The notes under the pieces: model-generated
Database searches by the model: none
Seen by the model: only the letters and a program-made list of their open reading frames with translations
What the model was told of the DNA's origin: nothing
Shown: piece after piece, positions 26,417-36,998 of the stretch
How the letters are laid out: every line of letters begins with the position of its first letter
How positions within the stretch are numbered: the first letter of the stretch is position 1
IMG/VR virus record: IMGVR_UViG_3300033074_000984
Strand: one strand, 5' to 3'
DNA: 64,000 nt
Source of the DNA: a virus
Taxonomy: Duplodnaviria; Caudoviricetes
Program-made: the position numbers and the translations under genes

Positions 26417-27382
26417 ATGGCAAACTACGCACCCAACAGCAGAGCTCCACTCGCTAACTTTCCTGGAGGACCAAACTCTCCCGAAGAGCTCACGTTTCCG
26501 CTCGACCTGCCGAGCTACAAGTACCACATCACGTTCGACTTTCGCAAGTTCGTCCGTAGGTCGTTGTACGACCGGGCGTTCTACGCCGCTCTCGGCGGCG
26601 TGAGGCTACCGATACCTGCTAACCTCGTAGACGCTGAAGCGGAGAAGTGGGGCACGATGGAGGCTGGCCCGGTGATCGGCTCTGTCATGGAGGCAGCGAT
26701 GCAAGCCAAGGCTGGGCTGCCGGCCTTCGACGTCAACCAACTAGCTGCACAGGTTCAAGACCTGTTCTCGTCCGGCAAGAGCATGACAGAGTCTCTCAGC
26801 TCTGTGCTCGGCGTGACGGGTGACGTCGCCAAGTCCATAGCAGCTACCATCCCTGGAGCGGCGACTAACTTTGCGATCGCCAACGCCATCCAGGCGTCGC
26901 AAGAGATAACTCGAGGGGGCTCGAGCGCCTACCTGGGCCTCTTTGGAAAGTCTATCAACCCGTTTCAAGTAGTCCTCTATCAGTGCCCCGTCTACAAGAG
27001 GCACAGCTTCACGTGGGTGCTCTCACCGCGAAACGAGCAAGAGAGCACCATCATCAAGAACATCGTAGCTAAGTTCCGGTATCACATGAAGTCTGACTTT
27101 ACCGGAGGGGTAGCTGGTGGTCTCATATTCGACTATCCAGACATGTGCTACGTCACCCTCTATCCCAAAGACGAGTACCTGTACAAGTTCAAGCCGTGCG
27201 TGGTCGAGGGTTTTCAGGCTAACTACGCCCGCCAGGCTCCCATGGGACCGAGCTTCTATCGTGGCACCGGCGCGCCGAGCGAGGTCGAGATAACGGTGAA
27301 CCTGCTTGAGATCGAGTACTGGGTCAAGGAGGACGTCCAGAACTCTTGGAGCTGGTCAAGTTCGGAGCCCGTCAGTGTCTGA
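26417..27382 (+). CDS. 48: Baseplate tail-tube cap gp48
   Basis: FP.DL, LPIPANL, INPFQ.VLY..P..KRHSFTW.LSPRN.QES and I..NLLEIE. Confidence 0.85.
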   Translation: MANYAPNSRAPLANFPGGPNSPEELTFPLDLPSYKYHITFDFRKFVRRSLYDRAFYAALGGVRLPIPANLVDAEAEKWGTMEAGPVIGSVMEAAMQAKAGLPAFDVNQLAAQVQDLFSSGKSMTESLSSVLGVTGDVAKSIAATIPGAATNFAIANAIQASQEITRGGSSAYLGLFGKSINPFQVVLYQCPVYKRHSFTWVLSPRNEQESTIIKNIVAKFRYHMKSDFTGGVAGGLIFDYPDMCYVTLYPKDEYLYKFKPCVVEGFQANYARQAPMGPSFYRGTGAPSEVEITVNLLEIEYWVKEDVQNSWSWSSSEPVSV

Positions 27383-28259
27383 GCAGTTCTTTAGAAAGTT
27401 CCCGGTAGTACGATACGGCGACTTCAACGCAGTAGACATCACGCGCGGCGTGGCTCTCCTGGACACGATTGACAAGAACCCGTTCGTGTTCTATCCGTAC
27501 GAGATAGCTTACGGCGAGCGACCCGACCAGCTGTCTGATCGCTACTACGACGACCCCTACCTCTCCTGGCTCGTGTACCTGAGCGCGGGCGTCTATGACC
27601 CCTACTATGACTGGTACATGCCAGATGACGAGTTCATGGAGTACGTCACAGAGCGCTACGGCACGCTCGCTGAGGCGGCCCGTGAGGTTCGCGGCTACAG
27701 GTGTAACTGGTACGAGGATGACAGCGTCATCACTCCAGGAAGGTTCTCGTCTCTAGACGTCGAGGAGATAAAGTACTGGGAGCCCGTTCGTGACGAGCGA
27801 GGAGCCGTCACGTCTTATCGACGCGCTCGGCGAGACTGGAGAAGGCACACCAACAGGATAGTCTCCTATCCGGTTAGCGGCGCTGGCTTCGTGCGAGGGG
27901 AGGCCGTGTCGATCGTCATCTCTGCACCCAGCCGCACAGGAAAGGGCTTCGTAGCGAGAGCTGCGTCTGACCAGCTGGTGCTCCAGCACCTGTCTGGCTA
28001 CTACGTCGACTCTGTCGAGACGCCGCTCTCGAGCGCCACGATAACTGGCTACTCGTCAGGAGCCGTCGTGGCTCTAGAGTCCTCCCCAACCGTTCTTGTA
28101 GAGCTCATAAAGCCGGAGGAGCAGGCTTATTGGTCAGAGGTGACCGCTCTAGACGAGGAGCAGGAGAGAAACGCCTCTAAGAAGAGCGTGCGTGTCATGG
28201 ACAAGAGACTGGCGGTGCAAGCCAGCCTAGACCTCTCTAAGGCGCTGAGCGACGACTGA
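27375..28259 (+). CDS. 53: Baseplate wedge subunit gp53
   Basis: FF.KFP.V.Y, Y.I..GERPDQL..RYYDDP...WLV and DPYYDW; GTG start. Confidence 0.88.
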   Translation: MSEQFFRKFPVVRYGDFNAVDITRGVALLDTIDKNPFVFYPYEIAYGERPDQLSDRYYDDPYLSWLVYLSAGVYDPYYDWYMPDDEFMEYVTERYGTLAEAAREVRGYRCNWYEDDSVITPGRFSSLDVEEIKYWEPVRDERGAVTSYRRARRDWRRHTNRIVSYPVSGAGFVRGEAVSIVISAPSRTGKGFVARAASDQLVLQHLSGYYVDSVETPLSSATITGYSSGAVVALESSPTVLVELIKPEEQAYWSEVTALDEEQERNASKKSVRVMDKRLAVQASLDLSKALSDD

Positions 28260-29452
28260 TGGCCAATGATGTGAGACCAGGCGAGGTGGAGATCCTCGCC
28301 CTTACCCTTACCAGCTCTCACGGCTACTTTGACATGGCCGTCTACGCACAGCGCTGCTCTGTGTTCGAGAGCATCTTCAAGAACGGCAACTACGCAGAGT
28401 TCGAGGTGCTCGACATAGACGACGCGCTCGGAGACCTGCGCATGAACGGCACAGAGAGGGTGCACTTCTCGTTCCGTGTACCGACAAGGGACGAGATAGC
28501 CACCTACGAGTTCGCTGTCAACTCCATACGACTCTCCGAGTCACAGGCTGGTCGCGCCAGGACCTACACGATAGAGTGCGTCTCGATCGAGGTGCAGAAC
28601 TCTCGAATGGGTCTCATCTCTAAGAAGTGGAAGTCAACAGTCACCGCCGCGACCAGCGACATCTTTAGAAACTTCCTAGGCAGTGCTAAGTCGCTCCAAG
28701 CCGATCAGACGAGAGGCGTCCAGGAGCTGAGAATAAGCAACAAGAAGGCGTTCACTGCTATCAACGAGTTCGCGCAGCGAGCGAACGGAGCTGACGGCAA
28801 CCAGTGGCTGTTCTTTGAGAACCGTGACGGGTACCACTTCTCGCCCATCGAGAAGATGCAGCAGCAGGGATCTGTGAGGTCCCTCACCCAGCACCTCCAG
28901 CCAGGACGTGACGGCGTCGCCACCTTCGGCCCAGACGACCCGTTAGGCCTCTACAGACACATCCTCCACTACGAGATACTCTCTAAGCTCAACGTGGAGA
29001 AGACGATCAAGATGGGCGCGTTGAAGACTAACGTGAGCACGTGGAACTTCGACACGCGTGAGTTCAACACAAAAGACATCGTGCCGAAAGTGGCCAGCGC
29101 CGCGCTTCAGGGCATGGTGTCTGTCTTCGGCAAGGCTGGTCGGTCTGTGTCCGTGCCTGTGAACGGCCGCATGCCTACCAGTCACATACCGACGAGCGCT
29201 CCAGAGGCTGCTGGAGCAGCGGCTGCTATAATGCAGCTCGTCGTCATCGTTCAGACGTACGGAGACACGATCTACAGAGCGGGCTGGGTGATAGACGTCA
29301 ACATACCGAGGCCGGTGGCGCTAACCGGCCCACAACAGCCAGACCAGGTCGTGTCTGGCAACTTTCTCATCTCTAAGCTTCGTCACGAGATACTACACTT
29401 CGGTCACGAGCCGAGGTACACCTGTGTGGTCGAAGCGCTTCAGAACTACTAG
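28259..29452 (+). CDS. Baseplate hub protein (gp27-like)
   Basis: SVFESIF, LFFENRDGYHF.PIE, GD...RAG.VI.V and SGNFLISKLRH; between gp53 and gp5. Confidence 0.7.
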   Translation: MANDVRPGEVEILALTLTSSHGYFDMAVYAQRCSVFESIFKNGNYAEFEVLDIDDALGDLRMNGTERVHFSFRVPTRDEIATYEFAVNSIRLSESQAGRARTYTIECVSIEVQNSRMGLISKKWKSTVTAATSDIFRNFLGSAKSLQADQTRGVQELRISNKKAFTAINEFAQRANGADGNQWLFFENRDGYHFSPIEKMQQQGSVRSLTQHLQPGRDGVATFGPDDPLGLYRHILHYEILSKLNVEKTIKMGALKTNVSTWNFDTREFNTKDIVPKVASAALQGMVSVFGKAGRSVSVPVNGRMPTSHIPTSAPEAAGAAAAIMQLVVIVQTYGDTIYRAGWVIDVNIPRPVALTGPQQPDQVVSGNFLISKLRHEILHFGHEPRYTCVVEALQNY

Positions 29453-29460
29453 GAGGAGCC

Positions 29461-29946
29461 GTGGGTAATCAGACAGAGTTCGGCATGTCGCCGCGCATGT
29501 TCTACGCGGTGGTAGAGCAAGACGACAGGAAGGCGAACGGCGGGCGCGAGGCCGGCTGCTATCGCATGAGGATACCAGACATCCATCACGGGATGGAGAC
29601 CGAGGACCTGCCGTGGTTTCGGCAGATGACGCACTCTCAGTCTCATCAGAAGCTCGGCAAGTCGCCGACTCGACTGGCCAAGGGAAGCTGCTGTCTCGTC
29701 ATGTACAACGACTCGGGCGAGAACCCACTCGTCATCGGTTCGGTAGACACGTCTGGCCTCACCAAGGGAGGAAAGACGCTAGACGGCGCCCCAGAGGTGG
29801 ACCAGAAGTACAACTCGTTGCCGCCAGCGTGCCACGGCTCTGAAGAGACCGACGTCCAGCACTACTTCGTTGGCAGGCAGCCAGACAGCGTCAAGCACGA
29901 CGACCCAGAGGTCCTTCTCGAAACGCCGGGGCTGAGCGATGGCTAA
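29461..29946 (+). CDS. gp5 N-terminal OB-fold domain as a stand-alone ORF
   Basis: AVVE..D....GCYRMRI..IH....TEDLPW and P.VIGS match the gp5 OB-fold pattern. Confidence 0.75.
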   Translation: MGNQTEFGMSPRMFYAVVEQDDRKANGGREAGCYRMRIPDIHHGMETEDLPWFRQMTHSQSHQKLGKSPTRLAKGSCCLVMYNDSGENPLVIGSVDTSGLTKGGKTLDGAPEVDQKYNSLPPACHGSEETDVQHYFVGRQPDSVKHDDPEVLLETPGLSDG

Positions 29947-31156
29947 GGTAGAGCCGGTACACGTCTTTCAGAAGCTGTCTGAGAAGATGCACGGTCGCGA
30001 CCTCAAGACGGTCGGCAACCCGACAAACGCCGCACGCGACGCGAGCGACCTTCTTAAGCAGATTCAGAAGCTTGACGGCAACAAGTCTGGCGTCTTCAAG
30101 AACGGCGCGTCGCTCGTAAAGCAGATGCGTGACATCATCTCTAAGGCGCAGACGAGTGGCGCCGGCGGCGCGAGCTCGGGCTCTGGCGTCGGCGCCGGGC
30201 TCGCTGGTGGTGCTAGCTCCGGAGCGAGCTCCACAGTGGCCGAGGCGATGCGACGAGTGGCCGATGACCAGACAGACGGAGAGTACTACGACGCAGCCTC
30301 TGAGGCGGCTGAGGCAGCTGAGGACGTCGCCCACGTCGAGAGCGTAATAGCCACCGTAGCGACCGGCGTCACCGCGCTCATCAACACAGAGTCTGCGTCA
30401 GAGGCTCAGGCCGCGGTGATCTCTGTCTGGGACGCTCTCGGCACGCTGACCGGCATCAACCCTACGAACCTGCCATGGAGAGTCGTGGGTGACGTGATGC
30501 GCTCCATGCGCGACCTCCTCCTCGCTCTAAACTTCGCCTGGAGCCTGATACCTGTCGGCTTCGGAACGTCGCGACTCACCCTGGCCTACATAACCCTGTT
30601 CGACTCTGTAGACCTGCAGGGCGCGGCTGTCTTGATACCGGTAGCTGACGAGTTGGCAGCTGTCATGGTAGCCTTCTCACACGACGAGGCAGAGGTCCTC
30701 GTAGACGCGGCGGCTAGACTTCAAGCGGCCGTTCGTGCTCCTGCGGAGACAGACGAGGAGGACGGATGCACCAAGCGAATGATGATCGAGTACGTCGAGA
30801 ACTGGCTCGTCACGAATCAGAAGAAAGCAGAGGAACTCACAGACACAGAGCTCTCCTCCCTCACCAGGTACCTCGTAGACAGCTGCAAGGCTAAGAAGAA
30901 CAAGAACCTGTTCCCGACACAACCTAGCTCTGACAACGCCGGCTCTTTCATACCAGACGTCGGCAGCATGGTCGAGCAGACCATGAAGAGCTTTGTCAAG
31001 AGGTCTGACGTCGACCAGGGCAAGATAAAGAGCGCTCTAGACAAGTTCAGCTACAACCAGGCAGTCGCTGAGAAGCTCAGACAAGTCGTCAAGCAGAAGC
31101 TACAACCGAACCAGACACCCAAGCCGCCTGGGGCGAGTGACGGAGCGACAAGCTGA
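29939..31156 (+). CDS. Ala-rich helical protein between the gp5 halves
   Basis: 405 aa, overlapping both neighbours; no lysozyme motif recognised. Confidence 0.6.
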   Translation: MAKVEPVHVFQKLSEKMHGRDLKTVGNPTNAARDASDLLKQIQKLDGNKSGVFKNGASLVKQMRDIISKAQTSGAGGASSGSGVGAGLAGGASSGASSTVAEAMRRVADDQTDGEYYDAASEAAEAAEDVAHVESVIATVATGVTALINTESASEAQAAVISVWDALGTLTGINPTNLPWRVVGDVMRSMRDLLLALNFAWSLIPVGFGTSRLTLAYITLFDSVDLQGAAVLIPVADELAAVMVAFSHDEAEVLVDAAARLQAAVRAPAETDEEDGCTKRMMIEYVENWLVTNQKKAEELTDTELSSLTRYLVDSCKAKKNKNLFPTQPSSDNAGSFIPDVGSMVEQTMKSFVKRSDVDQGKIKSALDKFSYNQAVAEKLRQVVKQKLQPNQTPKPPGASDGATS

Positions 31157-32049
31157 TGGCTAGAAGCAGAAGCAACATTCAAGACACGGACGAGCGTCGT
31201 AGCCGCATGGACAAGAAGGCCATGTTCTACGGCACCTACCCTTGGGTAGACGCAGAGCAGTACCCCTCTGGTCACCAGACGGTGCACGGCAACGAGGAGG
31301 GAGCGGAGTATCATCGAACCGAGAGCCGGTCACACGTTCATGAGAGGCTGGCCAGCTCTAACAATCGCGAGACGATATTCAACCTTGGCCCGAGTCACAC
31401 AGGCTCGCCACAAGGAACTACTAGCACTATCGGTAAGAGCAGAGACAGCATGACCGTCGAGAACGAGCGGTCGGGGGTCTTCGGCTCTGGACACGGCGAG
31501 ACGAAGAAGTGGCAGACGAGCGCTACCGGGAAGGGAACGGTGTCTAAGCGGGACGGTCCAGCCGCTGCGGGCAGTCTCGGATCGACGTGGAGCGTCTCGG
31601 CGTCTTCTAGCGCTGGCGGTGACAGCACGGGCATGGTGGACGGCGACCAGCACAGCTCGACGCGTGGAGACAAGGTCGCTTACCACGTAGGGACGCACGT
31701 CACAGTCAACAAGGGCGAGCGTTACGAAGACATCCAGAACGGCAACAAGGGAACAGTCGTCGAGGGCAAGTACAGCACCAACGCTTCGAAGACGTCAAAC
31801 CACAAGTCAGGTAGCGACTACACCATAGAGTCTAGCACCATGATTCGACTGAAGGTCGGGTCCTGCTACGTCGAGATAAAGCCTAACTACATCATGTGCT
31901 ACTACAACGACCCGACTACGAGCATGCTCGTGACTCAAGAGCACGTTCACATTCGTAAGAACGACAATCGCATCTTCGTAGACGACCAGGGCTGCTGGTC
32001 AACCAAGCCGATCGTAACGAAGAACGACCCGTACGACAGCACCAGTTAA
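31156..32049 (+). CDS. gp5 C-terminal spike (beta-helix) region
   Basis: YP......SGH.......G.E motif, V.G repeats and I.LKVG.C.VEI. Confidence 0.65.
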   Translation: MARSRSNIQDTDERRSRMDKKAMFYGTYPWVDAEQYPSGHQTVHGNEEGAEYHRTESRSHVHERLASSNNRETIFNLGPSHTGSPQGTTSTIGKSRDSMTVENERSGVFGSGHGETKKWQTSATGKGTVSKRDGPAAAGSLGSTWSVSASSSAGGDSTGMVDGDQHSSTRGDKVAYHVGTHVTVNKGERYEDIQNGNKGTVVEGKYSTNASKTSNHKSGSDYTIESSTMIRLKVGSCYVEIKPNYIMCYYNDPTTSMLVTQEHVHIRKNDNRIFVDDQGCWSTKPIVTKNDPYDSTS

Positions 32050-32058
32050 GAGGCAGAC

Positions 32059-32478
32059 ATGGCGACTCGAGCAGACAGACTAACACAGACGCAGAAGAAG
32101 CGAGAGCTCTACTCTGACTTTCTTGGAAGCTTCGCTAAGCACCCGTTGTCTGGAGACCTCGCTCGTGTGACCAACGAGGAGTCTGTAAAGCAGTCCGTCA
32201 AGAACATACTGCTCACCAATCTAGGCGAGAGGCCGTTCGAGCCGCACGTGGGAGGCGACGTACGACGCGCAGCGTTCGAGCCGAGCACCGGTTTCACTGA
32301 CGAGATCGTGGCCTGTAACGTCAGAGAGGCTCTTGACTACTCAGAGCCGAGGATAAGCGTGCTCGAGATCAAGGTGGTCGCCTCGCCAGACTCTAACGAC
32401 CTTAGAGTGTCGGTGACGTTCGTGCTGGTCAACGACCGCGTGCCACTGTCTGTAGACGTCATTGTCAAGCGCGTCTGA
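32059..32478 (+). CDS. 25: Baseplate wedge subunit gp25
   Basis: YSDF...F.KHP, NEESVKQSVKNILLTN.GERPFEP and EPRI. Confidence 0.93.
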   Translation: MATRADRLTQTQKKRELYSDFLGSFAKHPLSGDLARVTNEESVKQSVKNILLTNLGERPFEPHVGGDVRRAAFEPSTGFTDEIVACNVREALDYSEPRISVLEIKVVASPDSNDLRVSVTFVLVNDRVPLSVDVIVKRV

Positions 32479-32484
32479 TAAATA
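32477..32484 (+). promoter_or_regulatory. T4-type late promoter
   Basis: GATAAATA before gp6. Confidence 0.65.
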
Positions 32485-32502
32485 AGGCTTAGGAGGAGTT
32501 AC

Positions 32503-34278
32503 GTGAGCACAATTCAGACGCTGGCAGGGCTGGACTTCAACGACGCTAAGGCGGCGATAAAGACGTTCCTTCGTAGTCAGAGCATCTTTCGTGACTACGA
32601 CTGGGACGGCTCTAATATGTCCGTGCTCGTCGGCGCGCTAGCGTATAACCAGTTCCTCTACAACTTCTACCTTAACATGGTGAGCTCTGAGGGGCGACTG
32701 TCGAGCGCCAGACTTCTAGACTCTGTAGTGGCGACCGCCAAGCCGCTCGGCTACGTGCCCCGTAGTCCTCGATCAGCGGTCGCGAGCCTTGACCTCTCTG
32801 TACCGACGACAGGAGCTCAGAGCCTCACCCTTCCAAAGAACACCCAGTTCTCGTCGCAGAACGCTAACGGCACGTACACGTTCTGCACCAGAAGCTCTGG
32901 CGTCTACTACTCCTCGAGCAACACCTTCCTCGTGTCTAACCTCGAGGTCTTTGAAGGGTCGTACGTCACTGACGCCTACGTGTTCGACTCTACCGACGAG
33001 CTCCAACGATTCACGCTCGAGTCTAACTCAGCGGACACCGACAGCCTCTCTGTGTCAGTAGCAACGCCCAGCGGAAGCAACGTCGCTAGCTGGAAGCTGG
33101 CCACTAACCTCTACGGCCTCGACGAGACGTCAAACGTCTACTTCGTCCAGGGCGCCGAGGGAGGAAAGTTCGAGGTCGTGTTCGGCGACGGCGTGTTCGG
33201 CAGGAGGCCTGATGACGGCTCGGTAGTCACTCTCGAGTACATGGTGACTGAGGGCGCTAACGGCAACGGCTGCGACACCTTCGTCATGGACGACGACCTC
33301 GGCCAGATCAACGGCACGACCATACTATCCCCGTTCGTCATCGAGACGACCGGCGTGTCCGCTGGAGGTGACGAGCGAGAGACGGTCGAGAGCATAAAGT
33401 TCCGTGCGCCTCGACACTATCAGACGCAAGAGGCCGCCATAACAGCTAGCGACTACGCGTCTATGGTGCTCAAGAACTTCTCAGACGTCGCCGGGTGCTT
33501 CGCCTACGGAGGGGAGACTGTAAGCGGCTCTGTTCAATACGGAAGAACGTTCGTGGCGGTTGTCGGCCGAAACGGCGCTCCGATAATTGACGCGCGCAAG
33601 GAGGAGATCAAAGCGTTTCTCGAGTCGAGATCTGGCATGAACATGGAGGCGGTCATGATATCGCCAGAGACGACGTACCTCGGCTTGAACGTCTCCCTAC
33701 ACGTAGACAGCTCTAAACTGGTCGGCACCCTCGCTCAGCTAGAGGGCGCTGTGTCTAAGGCCCTTACAAAGTACAACGCCTCGAGTCTCGGACGCTTCAA
33801 CAAGCACTTTCTTGACTCACGCGTCACTGACGTCATTCAGGCCGTAGACGCGGCCATAGACAGCGTAGAGCTCTCGACGACGATCTCGAAGCTTGCAGAC
33901 ATGGGGCTCAACGAGCCAAAGACTGTAACCCTTGAGTTCAAGAACGCAATAGCGAAGGGGGTCAGGTCTTCTCACTTCACGTATCTCGGCAAGCGCTACG
34001 TCCTCACAGACACGCTCTCCTCAAGGTCGCCGAACGGAGCTCTCTACAAGCTCGAGGTTAACCCGCTCTATTCATCCGACTCTTACTCGACAGTCGGCAC
34101 CATAAACTACTCAACCGGAACCATCGACGTCTCCACCATAGAGGCCAGCTCTTTCGTTGGTGACGTCGGTCTGAGGTTCTTCGCGACGCCTGTGGCGGAT
34201 AACGTCTACGCTAAGAAGAACGAGGTGCTCAAGATCGACCTGTCTCGCTCTGTCATCTCCTCATCTACGAGCTACTAA
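32503..34278 (+). CDS. 6: Baseplate wedge subunit gp6
   Basis: LDF...K..IK.FL..Q..F.DYDWDGS.MSVL, LGYVPRS, FGDGVFG and ESIKFRAP..Y.TQ..AIT..DY. Confidence 0.93.
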   Translation: MSTIQTLAGLDFNDAKAAIKTFLRSQSIFRDYDWDGSNMSVLVGALAYNQFLYNFYLNMVSSEGRLSSARLLDSVVATAKPLGYVPRSPRSAVASLDLSVPTTGAQSLTLPKNTQFSSQNANGTYTFCTRSSGVYYSSSNTFLVSNLEVFEGSYVTDAYVFDSTDELQRFTLESNSADTDSLSVSVATPSGSNVASWKLATNLYGLDETSNVYFVQGAEGGKFEVVFGDGVFGRRPDDGSVVTLEYMVTEGANGNGCDTFVMDDDLGQINGTTILSPFVIETTGVSAGGDERETVESIKFRAPRHYQTQEAAITASDYASMVLKNFSDVAGCFAYGGETVSGSVQYGRTFVAVVGRNGAPIIDARKEEIKAFLESRSGMNMEAVMISPETTYLGLNVSLHVDSSKLVGTLAQLEGAVSKALTKYNASSLGRFNKHFLDSRVTDVIQAVDAAIDSVELSTTISKLADMGLNEPKTVTLEFKNAIAKGVRSSHFTYLGKRYVLTDTLSSRSPNGALYKLEVNPLYSSDSYSTVGTINYSTGTIDVSTIEASSFVGDVGLRFFATPVADNVYAKKNEVLKIDLSRSVISSSTSY

Positions 34279-36977
34279 TGCGCCCGTACAAGCACGTATC
34301 TCCTCTCGTTCCGAGACAGCTGCCGTCTGAGTACCTCGAAAACGGCTCGTTGCTGCCAGACTTCCTCAAGGCCTACTACTCCTGGCTAGAGCAGGGTGAC
34401 GTGACTCGACTCCGGGCAGCGGGTGGTGGCCCGACTCTCACGGTCGGCTCTTACGCGCTGCTCGAGAGAGACCCAGAGCAGCTCTTTCTCGTACTCGGCT
34501 CGAACGACTCGAGCACGCTCGTACTCGGAGACCCAGGCTCTCTCTTACCAGGTGACGTGGTTCGTGAGGTCGTGTCAGGCCCGACCGAGCTGACGGGACA
34601 GTTGTCATCCTCTGCGTCGTCACTGTACTTGTCTGGCAACGGCACGAGGTTCAGCGCAGAGCTGACTGTTGGCTCGTACGTCTTGCTCGACGGGGCGCTC
34701 AGGAAGATAGTCTCGATATACGACGACGTCTCAGCCACCACTGACACGCCGAGCTCCACAACAGTCGTTCTCAAGACGGCGCAGGCCTTCAGTCTCGGTG
34801 AACAGCTGATCGTAGGGAGCTCTACGCGAGAGCCAAACCCGATATACGGCGCGCGATCACTCCCTGAGTGGTTCGACGTCGACTATACGACTAACGATCT
34901 CCTGTCAAGGTTCAAGGAGGAGTACCTCGGAGACTTCCCAGAAGAGCTCGCTACAGACAAGCGCTTCTTCATAAAGCACGCCCTAGACTTTTACAGGGTG
35001 AAGGGCACGCCGCTCGCTGTAAAGGTGCTGTTTCGCGCTCTGTACGCAGAAGACGCGGTCGTGTTCGAGCCGTGGAAACACGTGTTCACGCCGAGCGCTG
35101 CGAAGTGGGTGGTCCCGAAGTACATCGAGGTAGCCGGCAGCGCTTCACTAGATGCGCTTCCTGGCAGGGTGATCCGGTCACAGATGAACGGCGGCTCGGC
35201 AGTTGTAGAGAGCTTCGTAAGACGTCTGTCTAGCGGCCAAGTCATAAACGTGTTGACTCTCTCTAATCTTAGCGGAGGGTTCCACAAGGGTGACGCTATC
35301 TTCTGTGACGAGCTGTCTCTGTACCCCGTAACTCGAGTTCTAGGCTCACTGAGCGCAGTCAGCGTCACAGACGGCGGCGCGAACTTCTCTGTTGGAGACA
35401 AGCTCACTGTGCTCGGTAGGGGCTACTCTGGCACAGGCGTCGTCACCAGCACTAGAGAGAGCAGAGGCATAGTCAACTTCTCTCTTAACTACGGCGGCAC
35501 GGGATACACGCGAGACGCAGTCGTCTCGATATCTGGTGGCGGCGGAGTCGGTGCGACCTTCAAGATCGGCGACATCGTCAACACCGAGACGCTGACGTAC
35601 GTCACGGACGTGATAGGCGACTATCAGGACAAGCAGCTCGACAACGACACCTCTGGGTTCGTCTTGTCGATCACCGGCACGTCCGGAACGTTCTCTGCTG
35701 GCCACTACGTAACATCCTCAGCCAACGTGTCTACGCTAGACGTAAACGTCTTGTCAGGAGAGCTGACTCCTGGAGAGCTGGTCTCTAACGGGGCCTTCAC
35801 TGCACGAGTGTCGCGATCTGACCAAGAGTTCTTAGAGCTCGTAGGCGCCAGCTCGACGTGCGCCCCAGGAACTGTACTTCTTGGTAACTCGTCTGGTGCA
35901 AGCGTCTCAGTAAACAGCTTCTTCGGCACCCGACTAGTCACGGCCAACGGCTACGTCACGGCAGCTAACTCTAGCCAGTTGTCTGTGAGAGACGTAAAGA
36001 GCGTGGGTGCGACTAACTGGCAGCTCGGGAACGTCGTCGTCACCTCCGGGGGCGTCGGATACTCTAACACAGACTACGTGACGTTTCAAGGAGTCGGCTC
36101 TGGCGGCTCAGGCGCTATAACCACTGACGCTAACGGCTCCGTTCAGAGCGTCGCGATTCAAGACGCCGGCTCGAGCTGGACGGCAACGCCTAACGTCGCG
36201 TTCGTGACGTCTACCGGCTCGAACGCTAGCGCTACCGGAAGCGTGTTCCTGACATCAGGGGCCTTTCTCATAAGGTCTGTGGTCACAGACTCCACGTCTG
36301 GTGCGACGGCTACGACATCCTCGGTGCAAAGAGAGACTGACTGGGGGTTCTCTGACCCTTACAATCCGTGGAACGACGTGCCAGACAACCTTGACACACC
36401 GATGTCTGACTCCTTCTCGTTGGAGAGCAAGCTCGTCGGCTCTATAGGCTCCTTGATATCTGTAGCTCACGGCTCTGGCTACAGCTCTAACCCAGTTGTT
36501 ACGGTGACACAGACAGACGTCGCGTCTATAGGTCTGTCTGACGGTCAGGGAGGCGTCGTGGGTAACAACGCCATAATCACAGCGAACGGCTCTTACGGCA
36601 CGGGCATAGTCAGCTCTGTGCGCGTCGTCGACTCTGGCTTTGGGTACGAGCCGAACGAGACGTTGTCCATGCTGAGAGCTGACGGGGCTCTCGTGTCTGG
36701 ACGAGCGGTCGTTGATCAGCACGGCAAGTTTGACGGCTACTGGCGGAACAACAAGGGCTTCTGTAACAGCGACCAGTACATTCAAGACAGCTATTACTGG
36801 CAGAGGTTCTCGTACGAGGTGCAAGCGCCTCGCGTTCTAGAGAGCTACGAAGACGACTTGAGAGCTCTCGCGCACCCGACAGGGTACGCGCTGTTCGGGA
36901 AGTTCAGCAAGATAGAGTCTCTTGAAACGCCGCCTACACTCGTTGAAGAGGCGTTCACGACAGAGGTCGTGTCTTAA
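34278..36977 (+). CDS. Baseplate wedge protein (gp7-like)
   Basis: QLP.......FLKAYY.WLE, DFYRVKGT....K.LFR.LY and IQDSYYWQRFSYEV...HPTG..LFG. Confidence 0.8.
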   Translation: MRPYKHVSPLVPRQLPSEYLENGSLLPDFLKAYYSWLEQGDVTRLRAAGGGPTLTVGSYALLERDPEQLFLVLGSNDSSTLVLGDPGSLLPGDVVREVVSGPTELTGQLSSSASSLYLSGNGTRFSAELTVGSYVLLDGALRKIVSIYDDVSATTDTPSSTTVVLKTAQAFSLGEQLIVGSSTREPNPIYGARSLPEWFDVDYTTNDLLSRFKEEYLGDFPEELATDKRFFIKHALDFYRVKGTPLAVKVLFRALYAEDAVVFEPWKHVFTPSAAKWVVPKYIEVAGSASLDALPGRVIRSQMNGGSAVVESFVRRLSSGQVINVLTLSNLSGGFHKGDAIFCDELSLYPVTRVLGSLSAVSVTDGGANFSVGDKLTVLGRGYSGTGVVTSTRESRGIVNFSLNYGGTGYTRDAVVSISGGGGVGATFKIGDIVNTETLTYVTDVIGDYQDKQLDNDTSGFVLSITGTSGTFSAGHYVTSSANVSTLDVNVLSGELTPGELVSNGAFTARVSRSDQEFLELVGASSTCAPGTVLLGNSSGASVSVNSFFGTRLVTANGYVTAANSSQLSVRDVKSVGATNWQLGNVVVTSGGVGYSNTDYVTFQGVGSGGSGAITTDANGSVQSVAIQDAGSSWTATPNVAFVTSTGSNASATGSVFLTSGAFLIRSVVTDSTSGATATTSSVQRETDWGFSDPYNPWNDVPDNLDTPMSDSFSLESKLVGSIGSLISVAHGSGYSSNPVVTVTQTDVASIGLSDGQGGVVGNNAIITANGSYGTGIVSSVRVVDSGFGYEPNETLSMLRADGALVSGRAVVDQHGKFDGYWRNNKGFCNSDQYIQDSYYWQRFSYEVQAPRVLESYEDDLRALAHPTGYALFGKFSKIESLETPPTLVEEAFTTEVVS

Positions 36978-36982
36978 AGACG

Positions 36983-36990
36983 AATAAATA
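36983..36990 (+). promoter_or_regulatory. T4-type late promoter
   Basis: AATAAATA before gp8. Confidence 0.65.
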
Positions 36991-36998
36991 GGACCGAT

